Part shown: one piece after another, positions 37,201 to 52,200 of the stretch
Layout: each line of letters begins with the position of its first letter
Position numbering within the stretch: the stretch's first letter is position 1
Assembly: GCA_002633005.1 (NCBI GenBank)
Contig: NMRA01000447.1
Span: 219,182 to 283,181 of the forward strand
DNA from: Phoronis australis
Taxonomy: Eukaryota > Animalia > Phoronida
DNA: 64,000 nucleotides
Direction of reading: 5' to 3'
The notes under the pieces: generated by a model
Seen by the model: only the letters and a program-made list of their open reading frames with translations
Databases searched by the model: none
Told to the model about the DNA's origin: nothing
Translations under genes and position numbers: made by a program

Positions 37201-40200
37201 AAATCATATCTAATCATCATGCGATATCGGTGGTAGTGGAAGGATTTAAGAAACGCAGCTTCTTTCGTTGCATAGTACTCAAGCCTTTGATAGATTGACG
37301 TAGATCTCTGCTGTAACACGGGAACGACACCGTTGCCATTATTTAAGTATTTTGAAACATTTTATTTTGAAGATAATTTGTCGATTCCATACACATGTCA
37401 TATTCCTCGGACCAGAATTGCGTCGCAACATGTACATAGCAAATGTTAGCTGAACTTTATCCATTCGGCTTCCTCATACCGGTTAAGTATTTGTAACTTG
37501 GAATAGTTCACCGAGAACCAGTCACTTGTCATAGCCAGTTTACCTAATGGGATCAGCCAGAGGCATAATGCTCAGCCAGTGAGCGTGCGGAACGTGTAAA
37601 TAAATATCGATTTTTTGCATGCTTTCTTAAGTCAACTTGTTAGATACAGGGACATGATTGTAAATTTAAAATCGCAGTCTCCGTGACTGAGCAATATTAC
37701 CTGGGCTGGGTTGCATAGTAAAACTTTTACACTGATTTTCTGACACGAAGAGCATGAACTCTGTATGTTCCCCGTCCCCATGCCTCCGAGATCATTGCCA
37801 AGACATTATATTCTTCCCTCGCGATGTCCCTCCAGCCCGCTGTTCTCTACGTTTCAAGAGCGATACTTTGCACGATGGGGTGAACTGGAGGTACGCTTTT
37901 CGTGGTCCGATCTTGACCGATTTCTTCCGTCCGGTTACTACCTGTTGTAAGTTAAAGACGTTTTTGATCTGTGCTGAGTGCTGTGGTGGCGAATGCACTT
38001 TTTTCCACGAAACAAAAGGACAAGTTGCCAACCAAAGGTATTGTATCTAGAATAAAAAATATCTTAGATTTAAAGTTTGGAATTCACCACAAATTTTAAT
38101 GCTAATTTTGCATGAACTATTTTGTGACTTCTGGATTTTTCTAAGTTCGCCACAAACAAACTGAAGTCTAATGAGCTGCACGGTACCAAGTCAAGCACTG
38201 AAAACAATTTTGTCACTCTGTGTCAACTGGTTACCCACAGACCAAAAGTCAGTTTGTCTGGCAAGACAACATGAGTGGTACCTTTTTCGTTCTAGTTCCA
38301 ACAGCCCCAAAAAACGTTGTGGTCATCGAGCATTCACCAGGATCTGTAACCCTATCATGGTCTGCTCCGTGTCCCCCGAGAGGTTTGATTGTCGGGTACA
38401 TGGTCCAGTACCGATCCCTTAATCGATCCGAGCCTGCCTTGACATCTGTTTGTAACAACTGCGCCCAGATGTCTCTTCAGAACCTTCACTCTCACGAACT
38501 ATATGAGTTCAAGGTGAGCAATTTTCATTGTAATTCCTTACACAAAGACAGAGGCGGATCAAGGACATTGGGTAGGGCGAACGGGGTGGGGCAGGGCAGG
38601 TTGTGAAAAAGGATTTTGCTCGTCAGATTGTCATGCCCCCAACTGCCAAATAGAATAAAGGATGATTTTATTGTGGGGGCATTGCATTATAAATCCACCA
38701 CTGAAACGTACCCTAGTTTCGGGTGTTTGACAGCGCTTTTCTGCCAGTTAAACAAATAAAAGTTCAACCCAACGGCAACCAATTTGAACTGTAAACCATT
38801 CTTTGCATCATGTATCAAATTCTTTGGTAAAGAGTTTCAGGTCGAAACCTCGAAACGTTTAATACTTCACACGTCATTTCACACATTTGTTCATAATTTG
38901 TTATGACAAATTTGTTCGTCTTGCATATTGTATGAAAAACTAAGTCTCTCGATCAACTTCGTCCATCAGGAATGGATTTTCGTGTAAATTAAAAGTATAT
39001 GAAAAAAGTCAATATCCAATATAAACTAAAAATGTGATTCTTATAATATTTGTGACACCCTGATAGGCCCAGTGGCTAGTACAGCATCCCCGAAGTGTAG
39101 TATTTAAAACGCATTGTGTTTGGTCGGTGTGTGTAATGTTTCTTTGTTGGTGTTCTTTTTCAAATTTCATAACTGTCAATTGATTCGCTGACAATCGTAT
39201 ACATTGCAAATTGACTTAGGATTTTGTTTTTTTTTTTTGAAAAAGGTCTTTTTTGAAGTGAGAATTCAAGTGAGAGACGTCGGAATACCCCCTGTTAGAA
39301 ACCAAAGGTGCCTGCATCCGAAAAATTAAGCTAAACTCAGGTTACAATCAACAAGTACTTTTGAAAAACAAGTTTTCCAAGTGAAAACTCTGCTATCTTG
39401 CGCTTCCGTATTCAACGTTATCATTGGTAAATTGTCTAACTTTGTTAGAAATGAGGCCCTGTGTTTCTCATTTTTTGTGTGATGTGGTGTGTTTGTTTTC
39501 ATTCCAGGTTAAAGCGAAGACAATTGACTGGGGGGAATGGAGTTCTTCTATCTTCGAGAAAACAAATATCGGTGAGAATGTCTGTTAATTCCTTTGAAGC
39601 AGAGCCTCACATAATCAATGTAATATTTCTTGTTGCCTTGTACTTGTGTGCTTTGTCTATCGGATTGACTAGCTGGTGTATTTGTCTTATTCTAAATGTT
39701 CTTCCCTTCAATCACTTCAGCTCCAAGGCAACCCACATCTTTTGGGTGTGCGGGAGGTTTGGAACAAGAATCTCTTCGTGTTACGTGGGCAAGCCCAGGA
39801 GACACTGGAATTGTGAACTGGTACTTGGTATGTTATTTCGTAGTCAATCTAAAGCCTTGGCTTTCCTTGATTTAGTCAGTTGCCAGTCTATTGCCATCAA
39901 AAATCATTAGAATAATTTTACTTTATTTATTGCTGGTTGTGATACGTATAATTCTACATTAACGTTTCTCACACTTACATTATCAACCTGAATAAGGTTT
40001 TTGTGTTCGACTATTTTCAGCTGACGTGGACAGATGGACGTCAAACTGGCACCAATACACTGGAGCGCGACCTAACGGAATACGTTATCAAACCTCTCTC
40101 TGCTGGTAAACATTACACAATTTCCCTGACTGCTGGAAATCCAGATGGCGTTGGTCGGCCAGCCACAGTGAGCTGTTGGACGGCATTGCCAGGTAAGACC

Positions 40201-43200
40201 CGGACAGTCAACTGCACTTAATGAATATCGCACAAATGAGGACTTCATTGCCGTGTTGGTTTAGATGGGTGTAAACCCCCTCCTTGACCCACTACCTCCA
40301 CCAACCACTGCCTGCAAACCCCTCGACCCACGACCGACCTTTGGCAATAGATTTATCTATGCACTTTTTAAACTCATAATCATACTACCTAGCTGAATGA
40401 TCTTCCCATCAGACGCGCCTACATGCAACACTGCTGCGCTGGTTAATAACAGAAAGTGGTATAAAACATGATCTTAAGTAGAGAATTGTGAGCGCGCTAT
40501 TGTTGCCATGGAAATAATTCCACGAACGCTTACCGATGGTCCAGTTCTGCTATACGTTTGCGGAGAGCACGTTAACGTGAATGGACATAATTTCAAGCGT
40601 TTTTGTTATTTGCTTTCTGTTGTATACTCGTTCGTAATATACCCCATGTAACGTTGAGATGGTTTTTAGTTAACAGTATATTTTTCAATCTGTATTTACT
40701 GAAGAAATTACATACTTATCGGTTTGGCGTACTCTCCCAAAAGTTTGAATATCCCATTCACTGAAGAGCAGACGAGACGATTACACTTTGCTGAGAATGA
40801 AATTTCTTTTCCGTTTTTGGCTCTTATACTGGCCAAATGGACTCCCTTAATTCCAAGAAAACAAAAAAAAGCCAGCCAAGCTCACGACCCGATTCATTGG
40901 TACTGCAAGTCAACGCTTGTTCTACATGTATGTTCAGATCGAGTCGAGTATATTTAGACTGCGTCGAAGGGTTGTTTGCCCTATACCTAGGAGATCCTGT
41001 GTTCCGTGTCTAGGATCTGGATCGAGGGCATAGTGGGTGAAGGGGTCAATCCTTTTGATTTGTATTATAGTTTTCCCCACATGGGAAATTATTTGCCAAC
41101 AACTTGTACAGTTACCCTTTTTGGTGTTTTAACTGCCATCAGTGTCATTATGGCGTACTTAGCCTCAATTTTGCCGTTCACATGTACATGTATATTAAAT
41201 TTTTTAATTTCACCCATTTTGTGATTTTCTAATTCTCCTGATAAGACCAATTGTCAACATACTTTTCAGTTTCTTGTTGAAATCAACAGCGTTAGCTGCC
41301 AGTGATCCTTTCAGAATACTTTCATATAACATTCTTGTTCTTGTTCCCATTGTCTTGAAACTTCCTTGATTTTTTGATTGATACAGGTTTGATTTTACAT
41401 TAAGCTTAGACTTTGGGTCAATAATGTCAGGTTTTGACTAATGAAGAACCTTGGCAGTGTGACAAACTTATAGAGTTTCACTCATTTGCTGACATTCCTT
41501 AGAGTTGCATGTAATATCACTGCCCTCAGTCTTTCATTTTTTTCTGGAAGGGTGTTCTTTACAATAGCGGTCTATTCACACGGCCTTTGACCCTGCTGTT
41601 TTAAAAAACCTTTGGTGAATAGTAGGTTTAATTTTTTTCGGCAACGGAGCTATTATGTGTGCTGTTTTTAAAGTTTTGAAACTATCGCTTCAGGCTTTTA
41701 TCAGCCATCATATTTGAATTCATTCGTTTTGAGAAGAGTTATTGGTCACTATTATTGTCATGGCATTTCGAGTGGCCATCTACAGATGTAGCGCCATTCG
41801 TAGACTGAACGCGGCTACCTGCATAATACCCCCATGGTGTTTAACTATGGGCGCATTTCGATGGATGAGAGGATTGGACCCTAGATCTTTCAGTTCTCAG
41901 TGCAGCCGGCTCACCAAAACACCTTTCTGAGATGACAACATACCCGTCAACTCTCGTTCCTCTAACGCATCGTGAAGCTAAATAATTGACCTGCTGACAT
42001 TTTGAACCAATACAAATTGTCTTGTTCATACAAACAGGCCAATGGATCTTAGAAATGGCGTTATCCTTCTGCATGGCTACGCCAAAGCTGTTTTAGGACG
42101 ACACTTTACAGAATGCTTGTTTTGAGAATTTGAATCGCGCATAATCATTCTGCCCTTTCAGTCGGAAGTATATGGCACGCCTAGATGTGCATAATATGCA
42201 CCTATATACGTGCGACATTCCACGGGGTCTATTGTATCAAAAAATCATATTACCATCGCAAACTCGTTGACATTATGTCGATAACATATACCGCAGAAAC
42301 AGTTCATAATGTTGAGTGGTACTACACCTCTGTTCTAAAATGCAACGTTCTTGTCATAACCAAGTCTTATCCCTATCTAATATCGATCAGCATCATTGAA
42401 ATTTCATGTACCAACTAAAATATTCTATTCGTGTTTTAGATATTACAGACATTGCACTACGAGTTATAACCAAAGCAGACATGACCGACACAAGCGTGAC
42501 AATTCACCTCATCCCTCCAACTGAATATTCAAAAGGCATCTATTTCAAGTGAGTTTGAAACTTTCAGTATAAGTTTATGTGAGTCTGTCATTGTCTATTT
42601 TCGTTTGCGTGAAATGGATGGATGACGTGTTTTCCTTATCCGTTTCTTGGTTTCAGCAGGCAGTCATACACGTATGAATGAATTAGCAGGGTTGGTCGGT
42701 GGCAGACGTGTCTAGTTTTGGTTCCGTCCTCAGAAATTGTTTACATAAATAGGTAATCTTACGCGAGTCTCAGGTTTATGACATGGACAAAGCCTCTTGG
42801 AAATGTCTTCAAAATCCCGAGGCTTGCCATAAAAACGTTCTCTTTTGTTGAAAAACTCGACGTGTCTAAAACTTTCAACCAAACGACTCCACTTTTGTAA
42901 AAACACGGTTTCGCAATGCAAAGTAATCAAGTTAATTATGTTGATAGGTTTATATTGAGCTTAGCAATTGCACATTGCATTCAGCTTTCGTAGCAAAAAT
43001 GTTCAAATTAGAATGTAACAAATAGCCTATGAAGACAAAGTATTAGAAGTTAAAAAACGTTGATAAATAACAGCAAAGCTTCCCTGCGCGTGAGCACTAA
43101 ATTGACCTTGAGACAGCACAGCTAGACCCTCCCGCTACGTTTCTTGGGTTGAGGATCGTCTCCGTTTGAATTAACGTGGATATGCAATTCGACGCCAAAG

Positions 43201-46200
43201 ACGGGTCCTTTTAAGAAGTTGCTTGCATGCCCATCAGACCAGGAGTACGTACACTTGCGAAACCCGATTTGTTATTCTTGACATCACCTTCAAGGTATTC
43301 CGGCATTGTTTGATTGCCACAGGTTTGGTTGTTTTTAAGTGTTTTGCAGACAATAAAGTATAAGGCGTATGGATTTCTACTGTGCACTACTTTAAGATTT
43401 GCCCATTCATTATAAAAACACGTGCATCGTTTAATCCCGTCGTGTCGTATCACATTCCAGGTCATGTGAGAAAATTAGTACCAATGATTGTACACTCGTA
43501 TCTTTTATTCAAGGTGAACGTTACATACATGTACAGCAGTGGAAGTTGGGCAAAAGCTTCGCCTATTACTTTTCACGTGAAAAAACAATGGTGCTTCCCG
43601 TACACCCAAGGCACATACGCCTATAAATCTTCGATTTTGGACTTGAGACGATTGGTTCTTTTCCATTCCTCAATGTTTCAATGTTTACAACCGGTCAGTT
43701 TAAAAGAAACCATTCTAGCGGAGTACACTAGTGAACCTAGTGATCTCGCGAGCCTAGTCGCGAAAGACTCGCTTTTCAAGCGCACTATCACATTACCATG
43801 GTGTTTCAGTCAGAATCTTGCGTCCACGGAATGTAGCACATAAGGCCTACAAATCAATATGTGTTAGAAATTAACACTGTTATTGGCATGTTACCAGTGA
43901 CGTTAGGGGAACTAAGACAAAATCCGTCATCCAAAAATCGGAAGAGACACGTCAGGTGAGAATTACGCATCTCGTCACACAATTATTGCTAAAGGAAATG
44001 ACTCAGAGTGTTATACATGTTCATGTCGGTCTGTTCTTTCAACGTGCACATATAGGTATGGCTTGGTCGTTGTGGAGACGTTTGCAACACAATCAAAACG
44101 ACGTCGAGATGTGACAGTCGATGGACCATTACTGAAAGGTTATGAAGACGCACAACGAAACGGAGATTCACGTTATATAACTGCAAATCTGACTGCTCAT
44201 TTCGTTGGCAATGGTGTCGATTTTAAAATTGGCGATGGGAAAATCTACGGACAGTATACAAACGTGGAGCTCCACTCAGGTTATCTCTATCGCTTCGTGT
44301 ATGGAGTGTTCATTGAGACCGATGCTGTAAGTTTGATTTCCAAAAACTTTGTTTCACATGTCGAATGTCGAATGGCACTACCTCTCCAGTCAATTGTAAA
44401 CCAATCCATTATCATAATATTCCCATTGGATGCATATTACCATTGCATGTACCTTGTCTGGATAGGATTGATTCTGTGTTAGTACTAAATGTGGTGGTCA
44501 CCGAACAACTGTTAAGAACAAATAACCAATCAAATTGTAAGTAATGAATGGTTACTGTGTTGATGAAAGCAGGTCAATAAGTTGACGATTTGTGCGTGGA
44601 GGTGGTCTTTTGGGGACTCTAATTCATTTTAGTTCTACGCCAGTTTTGCATAAATTTATCATTCCAACTAACTGATGCGATTGTGACTTTTTATGAATTT
44701 TGTTATATTTAACAGGAACTGAAGTCTCATTTCCAAATATTTGGCGTTGAAGGCGTGCCCAACGGCCAGTTTGTGGAAGGTAGTTTGCTAACTATAGGTT
44801 GTTTTATATGTTTCATTCAACGCAGTTATGTGTTAGAGCATGGGCGTGTGTTGCAGAGCAATTAATTTCAGACTTGGGGAAGGAAGGGAAATTCCAAACA
44901 CTGTCAAAATGTTATTCACTTTTGAATTAAAGGCAAAACATGAAAAACAGGCACTGTACTTGGATTGGGTTTGCCTGATCTGAAAATCCTGGACTCTGTA
45001 ACTTTAGTCGTGGTTGTCACTTGGATCGATGACCCTGATATGTATTTTTCTTTATTGCATTCATTTCAGACGTGGGGAACGAGGGAAAATTTCAATCATT
45101 GTCAAAATTTCATTCACTTTTGAATTAAGGCAAAAGGTGACAATCAGGTACATGGAATGTGTTTGCCTGACCTAAGAATCCTTGATTCTGTAACTTTAGC
45201 CGCAGTTGTCACTTGAATGACCCTGCTATGTATGTTTACTTACTTGAATGTTGAAAATTCCTTCTAGTCTACACTCATGTGCATTACCTTGACGTTTTTC
45301 GAAAATATTTAACCTCACTACTTACATCGTGCAAGTACATTCCTTCCCAACAGTTAAAGACTACACCACACATTTATCTTCGGTAAATGAAGGTCTTGTC
45401 ATCGGAGCCGTGTGTGGAGCCTTGGCTTTTGTCATTCTTTTTGGTGTTCTTGGATTTTTGTTTTATAGGTGAGTATGGGTACGCTCTACAGTTTCCGTCA
45501 CCAATACTGGAGAAAACCGTAAATGAAAACAGATAAAAATAACACAACTCTCGTGAAAATAACGCGAAAATATGGACAGTGTGTGACACATAGACCTGTT
45601 CGTGAACTATCGCTTTGGATGGCGACCATCCTTCTAGTGTATCAATGTTACCAGTGAAATGGTGAGCTTGATTGCAAAACAATCGCGTTTCACCAACGTG
45701 ATCTTGTTGGTTTGTGTTTTACAAACGGAATACCATGCAGTGCGCATTGACATTTTGCCCCAGCAAAGTATATGAAGAACTTCAATTGGTAATGGGGGTC
45801 GAAAATACCCCTCTAACATTTGTTTCAAAGCTGTGTGAATGTTGATTATCTCTAAATCTAGTTTCTTGGCCGAAAAATGAAACAGGTATTTTATTATTAC
45901 AGTATCGATCTGCCCATTTTAAGTGTATTTAGACAGTTCTTTAATATTCAGAAAAAGACGAACGAGTCATGAGACGCGGAAAAGAGCGGACAGAACAGGA
46001 GGACAATGTGACGAGCCAGGTAAAGGTGCGAGTACATGTTCATGTAGACGTTTTTCACGATTAATGCGGTACTCAAGTTCTTAAGCACAGAGGAGTTGGT
46101 TACGCAACAAGTTTGGTGGCCTGAATTAATGCAACCAATTTCTAATAAGGGTAAAGGCTCTTGCGGCCGAGTCGCGTTTGGGCCTTTTTGCCACGAAAAT

Positions 46201-49200
46201 AGCGAAATGCGGGCGTAATATACCATGTTTTGGGAATGGACAGTTATTGGAGTTGGATCAAAATGAACATGACAGTGCTAATCCGGAAATGGACCAAAAA
46301 TCTTGGGAATCAGAATGGGGGTATCCTTTTATCCTTCTATGTCGTACGAAGAATGCACGTTACACCGGCACCTAACCGTATGATCACCTAGGCGTTGTTG
46401 GGTCTTTTACCTGTTGCACACGATGGCCGGGTATTTCCACCACTGTGATTAGAGTTTTTTGGCACAATAAGCTTTTACTTGGCCATTCACGTCATAGAAC
46501 ATTGTTCTACCGAAAGGTCGATTCAAACAGCTAGGAGTCACGGTTGCCACTGTCTTTCGCAATAGGTTGGTGGCTCGAGTAGTGCTCTTGTAAACTACCC
46601 AATGTATACAGCTGTACTCCATAGACCAAAGCTGTCTTCACACGATTAGGTTGCGTCACTTGTACAGGCGTCTTGTCGGTGAGGTCACACGTAACACGCT
46701 AGATGAGCCATGTGTTTAGCTGTTGTTCTAGTTCACTTCATGCACTACTAAAGACCATAAAAGATTTCCGTCACATTAAAAACCTTCATTTAATTAACCT
46801 TCAGTCTGGCTTCATTACCGAGGTCTGCTCTATGTTTTTCTTGCCCTGATGTCCAGCACTTGCCCAAATATTCTCCATATGTCTTTCCTGGTTCGATCGC
46901 TGACATGTACTGTTAGCGACCCAAGCACATCTCAGCTGAGGTGTGATTGAGTGCAATTACTACATATTCAGAGAGACATGAATTGGTTGGATTGGTTTTA
47001 TATTTAACATGCATTACTATACACTAAACCGTAGAATACGTGCGTCGTCAGAAAATGCATACGGTCATACTAGGCCCAACATTTATTCGATCCCTCATAT
47101 AGGCATCTATACTCGAGTTAATTTGTACAACAGGTCGCTCAAGACGTATACATCAAAATCTTGACTCTGCTGTGGAGCTATCTACTATTGACATCAGTAA
47201 GCCGGTAAGAAAAATAGATATCACATGAAACATATTGCTGCACAGGAAAGTGGTTATTCATATGGCGTGCTTGGACATACGTTGATTCATATTTAAATTT
47301 AATATTCAGAGTTGCGAGGTTCACATGTCTAGAGATAGGTGAACATATGGTTCTAAAACCTGACACCAAATCACGATTTGTAGCCTGATTCTCGGAAATC
47401 AATCATGGAATCTTTGAATTGATAAATATGACATGCATTGGCATAAAGTGGCCTTAGGTTTGAAGTAATAAGCATGTGAATAAGCGCCGTGACTTCTCCA
47501 ACGTGGATGCGGTGATTTGACTATATCTTAATGAGGTGGCTTGTTTGCTGATAATGGCGAACGTCTAATTAAATTCATTGACAGGTTCATCCCTGTACCG
47601 CATTTCTTTTCGGTATTTCTTTCAGAATGGAAATGACGCAACCAATACATACGAGACTGTGGCTAACTTCAGACCGAGTTCCAACGTGTATGAGAAGATT
47701 GAGCCCGCATATTGGACTATACCATATAACTCTATTGTTTTCGGTGAAGTTGTTGGTAAAGGGAGTTTTGGTGATGTTTTATCTGCTACCATTGCCACGG
47801 ATGGCGCTCCTCTCAAGGTGGCATTAAAACGATTAAACGGTAAATGCATTTAATCACTGATCCAGAAGATGTTCAATGTATGCGTATATTCCTCCTGTGT
47901 ATAATATCATTGTCGCAAAAAATAACTACTTCCCAGTTTCTTTCATGAGGGCAGTGATTGCATTTAACATGGGCTGTTATAAAATAACATAATGGTAGAT
48001 GCATGGAATGGGCACACCAATCTCAGCTCAGTGCTCGACTTATATGTAGTATTATTTTGTTTATGTACTAACGACGATGCTAAAGCAACATTCGGAAAGT
48101 TGTCTAATCGACATGCTGCAATATTTCAGCTTGTGCCACAGACAAAGACAAGACCGACTTTATTGGAGAGCTCAATATTCTTAGCCAAGTGGGAAGTCAC
48201 ACAAACGTCATATCCTTGATAGGAGCTTGTGAATATGAAGGTAACCCCAGGATCTGGTACAGTATCACTGGTTTAAATATCGACATATTAGATGAAATAT
48301 CAATTAGCAAATAGTACCAACTTGTATTTCTTATGGTAAACCCCATGCATTTTAACAAAATTGTTCTTCAGTGGTATTCGAAAACTAAAGACAGAAATTA
48401 AAATAAAACTGACATGCGTACTACAGAAACTATAATTATAATACACAATAAAACGGATTCAAACACAACTGAAGAAACCGAGGGAAATGCTGTGAACTAA
48501 AAACAAAACAGGTGCCTGGATTTAAAGACCCCTGCATGTTTACTCTTCTGGACACCAGAATAAAAAACTCCATCAAAACACCAGCGTAGAAAGTTGGATA
48601 TGTGCCTAAAGTTATACCAGTTTTATGTAACTGGAATCACTGTGTAATACGTGAACACGATGTACAAATTACACTTTGACACCAATGAGCTCACTATACA
48701 TTTTTATTATTACATGGCGAGTGGATTTTGGAGAATTATGGCCCGACGGGCGTTAGCCCCGACGATGATAATTCTGAAAAATCCACGAGGGCTCTAGATA
48801 AGGGGAATAACGACTGAAAACGAGAAACATTGCAATGATTCCATCTACCTTTCTCGACTCGCCTCGGCTTTGTAACTACTTTCTATGTCACAGAGGCCTG
48901 GGGTCGGAGGTCGTGACCTTTTAAGAAAAGCCGAGCTATTTTGACAAATAATGCTTTTACTCAAAACCAATTGAAATTTTAAACAAAATAGAAATAAAGT
49001 GCATCTATAAATTAAGATTTAGCAACTATTATAGCTTACTACACATTTTATCACGCTAAGCTTCGACCGAGAAAATATCGTCTGCTAAAGTAGGTTACCA
49101 CTAGTAACTGAGTATAATGCTCAAGTAAAATTATCCCGACGACACGATACTCGCATTCAAATTGGAGATCGTTGATTTACAAGAGAGAACACGGGATAAA

Positions 49201-52200
49201 AATTCACTCAATTAAAATATCGCTTTTATGGAAATTATGCGTCTTATTTTTTATACCTTTAATAATCTACCACATTCTAAACGAGAAACATTGCAATGAA
49301 TCGATCTACCTTTCTCGACTCGCCTCGGCTTTGTAACTACTTTCTATGTCAGAGGCCCGGGGTCGGAGGTCGTGTCCTTTTAAGAAAAGCCGAGCTATTT
49401 TTGTCAAATAATGCTTATACTCAAAACCAATCGTAAATTTAAAAAAAATATAAATGACGAGAATCTCTAAATTAAGGTTAAGCAACTATTATAGCTTAAA
49501 ACACGTTTTTTACACGCTAAGCTTCGACCGGGAAATTATCGTCTGCTAAAGTAGCTTACCACTGGTAACTGAATATAATTGGCAAGTCAAAGATCCTGAC
49601 GACACGATACCCGCATTCAAACTGGAGATCGGTGATTTGCAAGTAAGAGGACATGAGAGAAAAATTTCACTGAATTAAGATATCATTTTTATGGAAATTA
49701 TGTGTCTTATTTTTTCGTAGCGTATAAGTACAGTACAATGCGGTTTGTTGAACGTGCGATTATTGCGCGTGCTCATTTAAGTATTCTATTTTCACTCTTG
49801 ATGACGTCAGTCTCTGCGTGGTGTAGTGGTTAAATTCGGCGATCAGCAATACCAAGGTCCCGGGTTCGACTCCGACCTCGGTTTCCCGCCAAATCGTTAT
49901 CACACCAGTGAGATAACTTTATGGGTTAATACACCATTACTGCCATTTGACGCTAGTATTGCCCGTTGCTGAACATGCGATTGTTGTGCGTGCTCATTTA
50001 AGTATTTAATTTTCACGTCCGATGGCATCAGCCGCTGAGCGGTGTAGTGGTAAAGTAGGCGATTCAAAACTCTTGAGGCACTTGTGCGAAACCGCCAAAA
50101 TGTTATCTCACTAGTAAGATAACTAAATGGGATTTACACGGTCGTGTTTGCCACTCGACGCTAATATTGTGGTATAAAATGGACATATTTGCCCTGTTCA
50201 TCATTAAACATGCGATAATTTCTAGGCACCCAGTTTGAGACTTCACAAAATGTACATGTGTACATGTACATGAATAGACAATAGCAAGCTGTGCTGTACG
50301 TACAGGTTTCCTAATGCATACGAGTCTGTGCAATTTGCGCAACAGTATTCCAAGTCTTTGCAATGTGGCCCTGATACTAAGCTTTTAATGACTGAATTAT
50401 TTAACATCGGTTGACCACAAGAGTAAACAAAGCCACGGGATATAATTCACTATGCCACTGCATAGACACTGATATAAATAGACGAAGATCACAAACTAAA
50501 ATATAGATTATGAATGATACCAAGTAACGTGTAAAAATAACTAAAACAGGACAAAAAATATATACATGGCACAAAACATACAATTCTAAATATTTAATAT
50601 CCAAAAACTTCATGCAGCTTCCAGAAGTCCGATTTTCCGAGATTATTTAAAGAAAATATAGTTTCCATCACTGTTTTAGGAAATATATGTCTGTGTGAAA
50701 CAACGCCTTAGAAGTGCCACCGGCAAATTCCAGGGTGGGTTCCAGACTCAAAAATTTAGGAGTGGGTTATATTTTGACATCTGATGAGACGACATCACGT
50801 GCAGTTATTGTAATGTTATTATCTCATTAACGGAACACAGGAGAGCCGCAGGGTGTGCGTATAGCCTTGATGTATTTGCCCATACAATGATCAACGTTGT
50901 GTTTCTGTGTCTGGTCGATATGCTTATTTTTGGCTTGTTATAATTAAAGTTATCTGTCATTGAATGTTATCGTAAAAAAACCTAAGCGTATGCGGTTAAT
51001 GTAGATGTAATTATCTATCTAATAGTTCACATTGCCTGCTTTCCATCCGTCAACCAGTGTAGTTGTAAACATTTGGACTCTTTTTCATGAAAACCCATAG
51101 TCGAGAACCCACTATTCCTAATGATTTCAGTCTGCTTTCACCTCGCCGTTCTGCCATTAGACCGCTCACATTGCCCCGAGGTATATAGCTAACTATTGTT
51201 AGTCCATTTTCGCGGCACATGTTGGTCACATCACGTGATCTATTGCTAAGCCTGAAGTAAGATATGTATTTGTCTTAGAAATTATTGTGCGAAGCTTAGG
51301 ACGAAATATTTCACCGCATCAACTTTAAAGCCATGTTCCGAAAATGCGTACCCAATACAACGTAGACTGTGGTCTACCAACTCTGAACAACAAATATTTG
51401 ACATTTTGTTTCGTTTCAGATATTTTATTTGTGGCTACTGAATATGCTTCGAATGGGAATCTGCGAACTTTTCTTAGAGACAGTCGCATGGACTGTGATT
51501 ACGCCAATGTTGGCTCTATGACAAGTCTTAGTGAGAAGCAGTTGCTGCAGATGGCGCTGGACGTCTCTCGGGGGATGAAGCACCTTGCTGCTTTTAAGGT
51601 AGTGACTGACTAGTGTAGGTTGATTGTAGACCAAACATAAAAATAGACATGTAGAAGACAAGCATTGTTGAAAGCACAACTGAAGCTTTTTTACAGTGTG
51701 ATACTGAAAGGTCTTGTCGATTTTCAACGAAGTTTGTGTTAACGAATGGCTGGTGCCAAACTGTTTTGATTTGTTGGAGAATGTATATCAAAATATTTTG
51801 GCATGAAAGTGGAGATTTGAGGCACCTGGACGTGACGTCAAGAATCAACGCTGGTAAACTTGACGGGCGTAAACTCTCAAGAAGAGCAACATTTTTGGAA
51901 TAAAATTTCAAGCTATGTGACCAGGAATGATAATGTTTTACTAATGTACATATAACAGCAAAATGTATTTTAAAATGTAAAAGAAGTTCAAAGCGCAAGG
52001 TGTATTTCATTGTTCTGCATTGTGTCTTAAATGTTTTCAAGTCTACTTTTAAATTTTGTAGTTTCTATTAGTTATAAACTGGAACCGCTTTTTATGAAGT
52101 ATTGCTGTTGCAGATAATTCACCGCGACCTTGCTGCAAGAAACATCTTGGTTAGCGAAGACATGGCAGCAAAGATATCTGATTTTGGACTCAGCAGAAAT

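Noticed and set aside
37750-38050. Pogo/Brinker-like HTH remnant on the minus strand (RKAYLQFTP...)
   Set aside because: Similarity is weak and needs frameshifts; cannot be supported without a search.
42730-43465. hAT transposase-like fragments ([10 protein letters not shown])
   Set aside because: Only a partial motif, and the diagnostic C..H is absent.
46400-46960. Decayed reverse-transcriptase-like segment (YGEYLG)
   Set aside because: Too degenerate to call.
49810-49885. Functional tRNA gene
   Set aside because: A and B boxes are present but the acceptor and anticodon stems do not pair.
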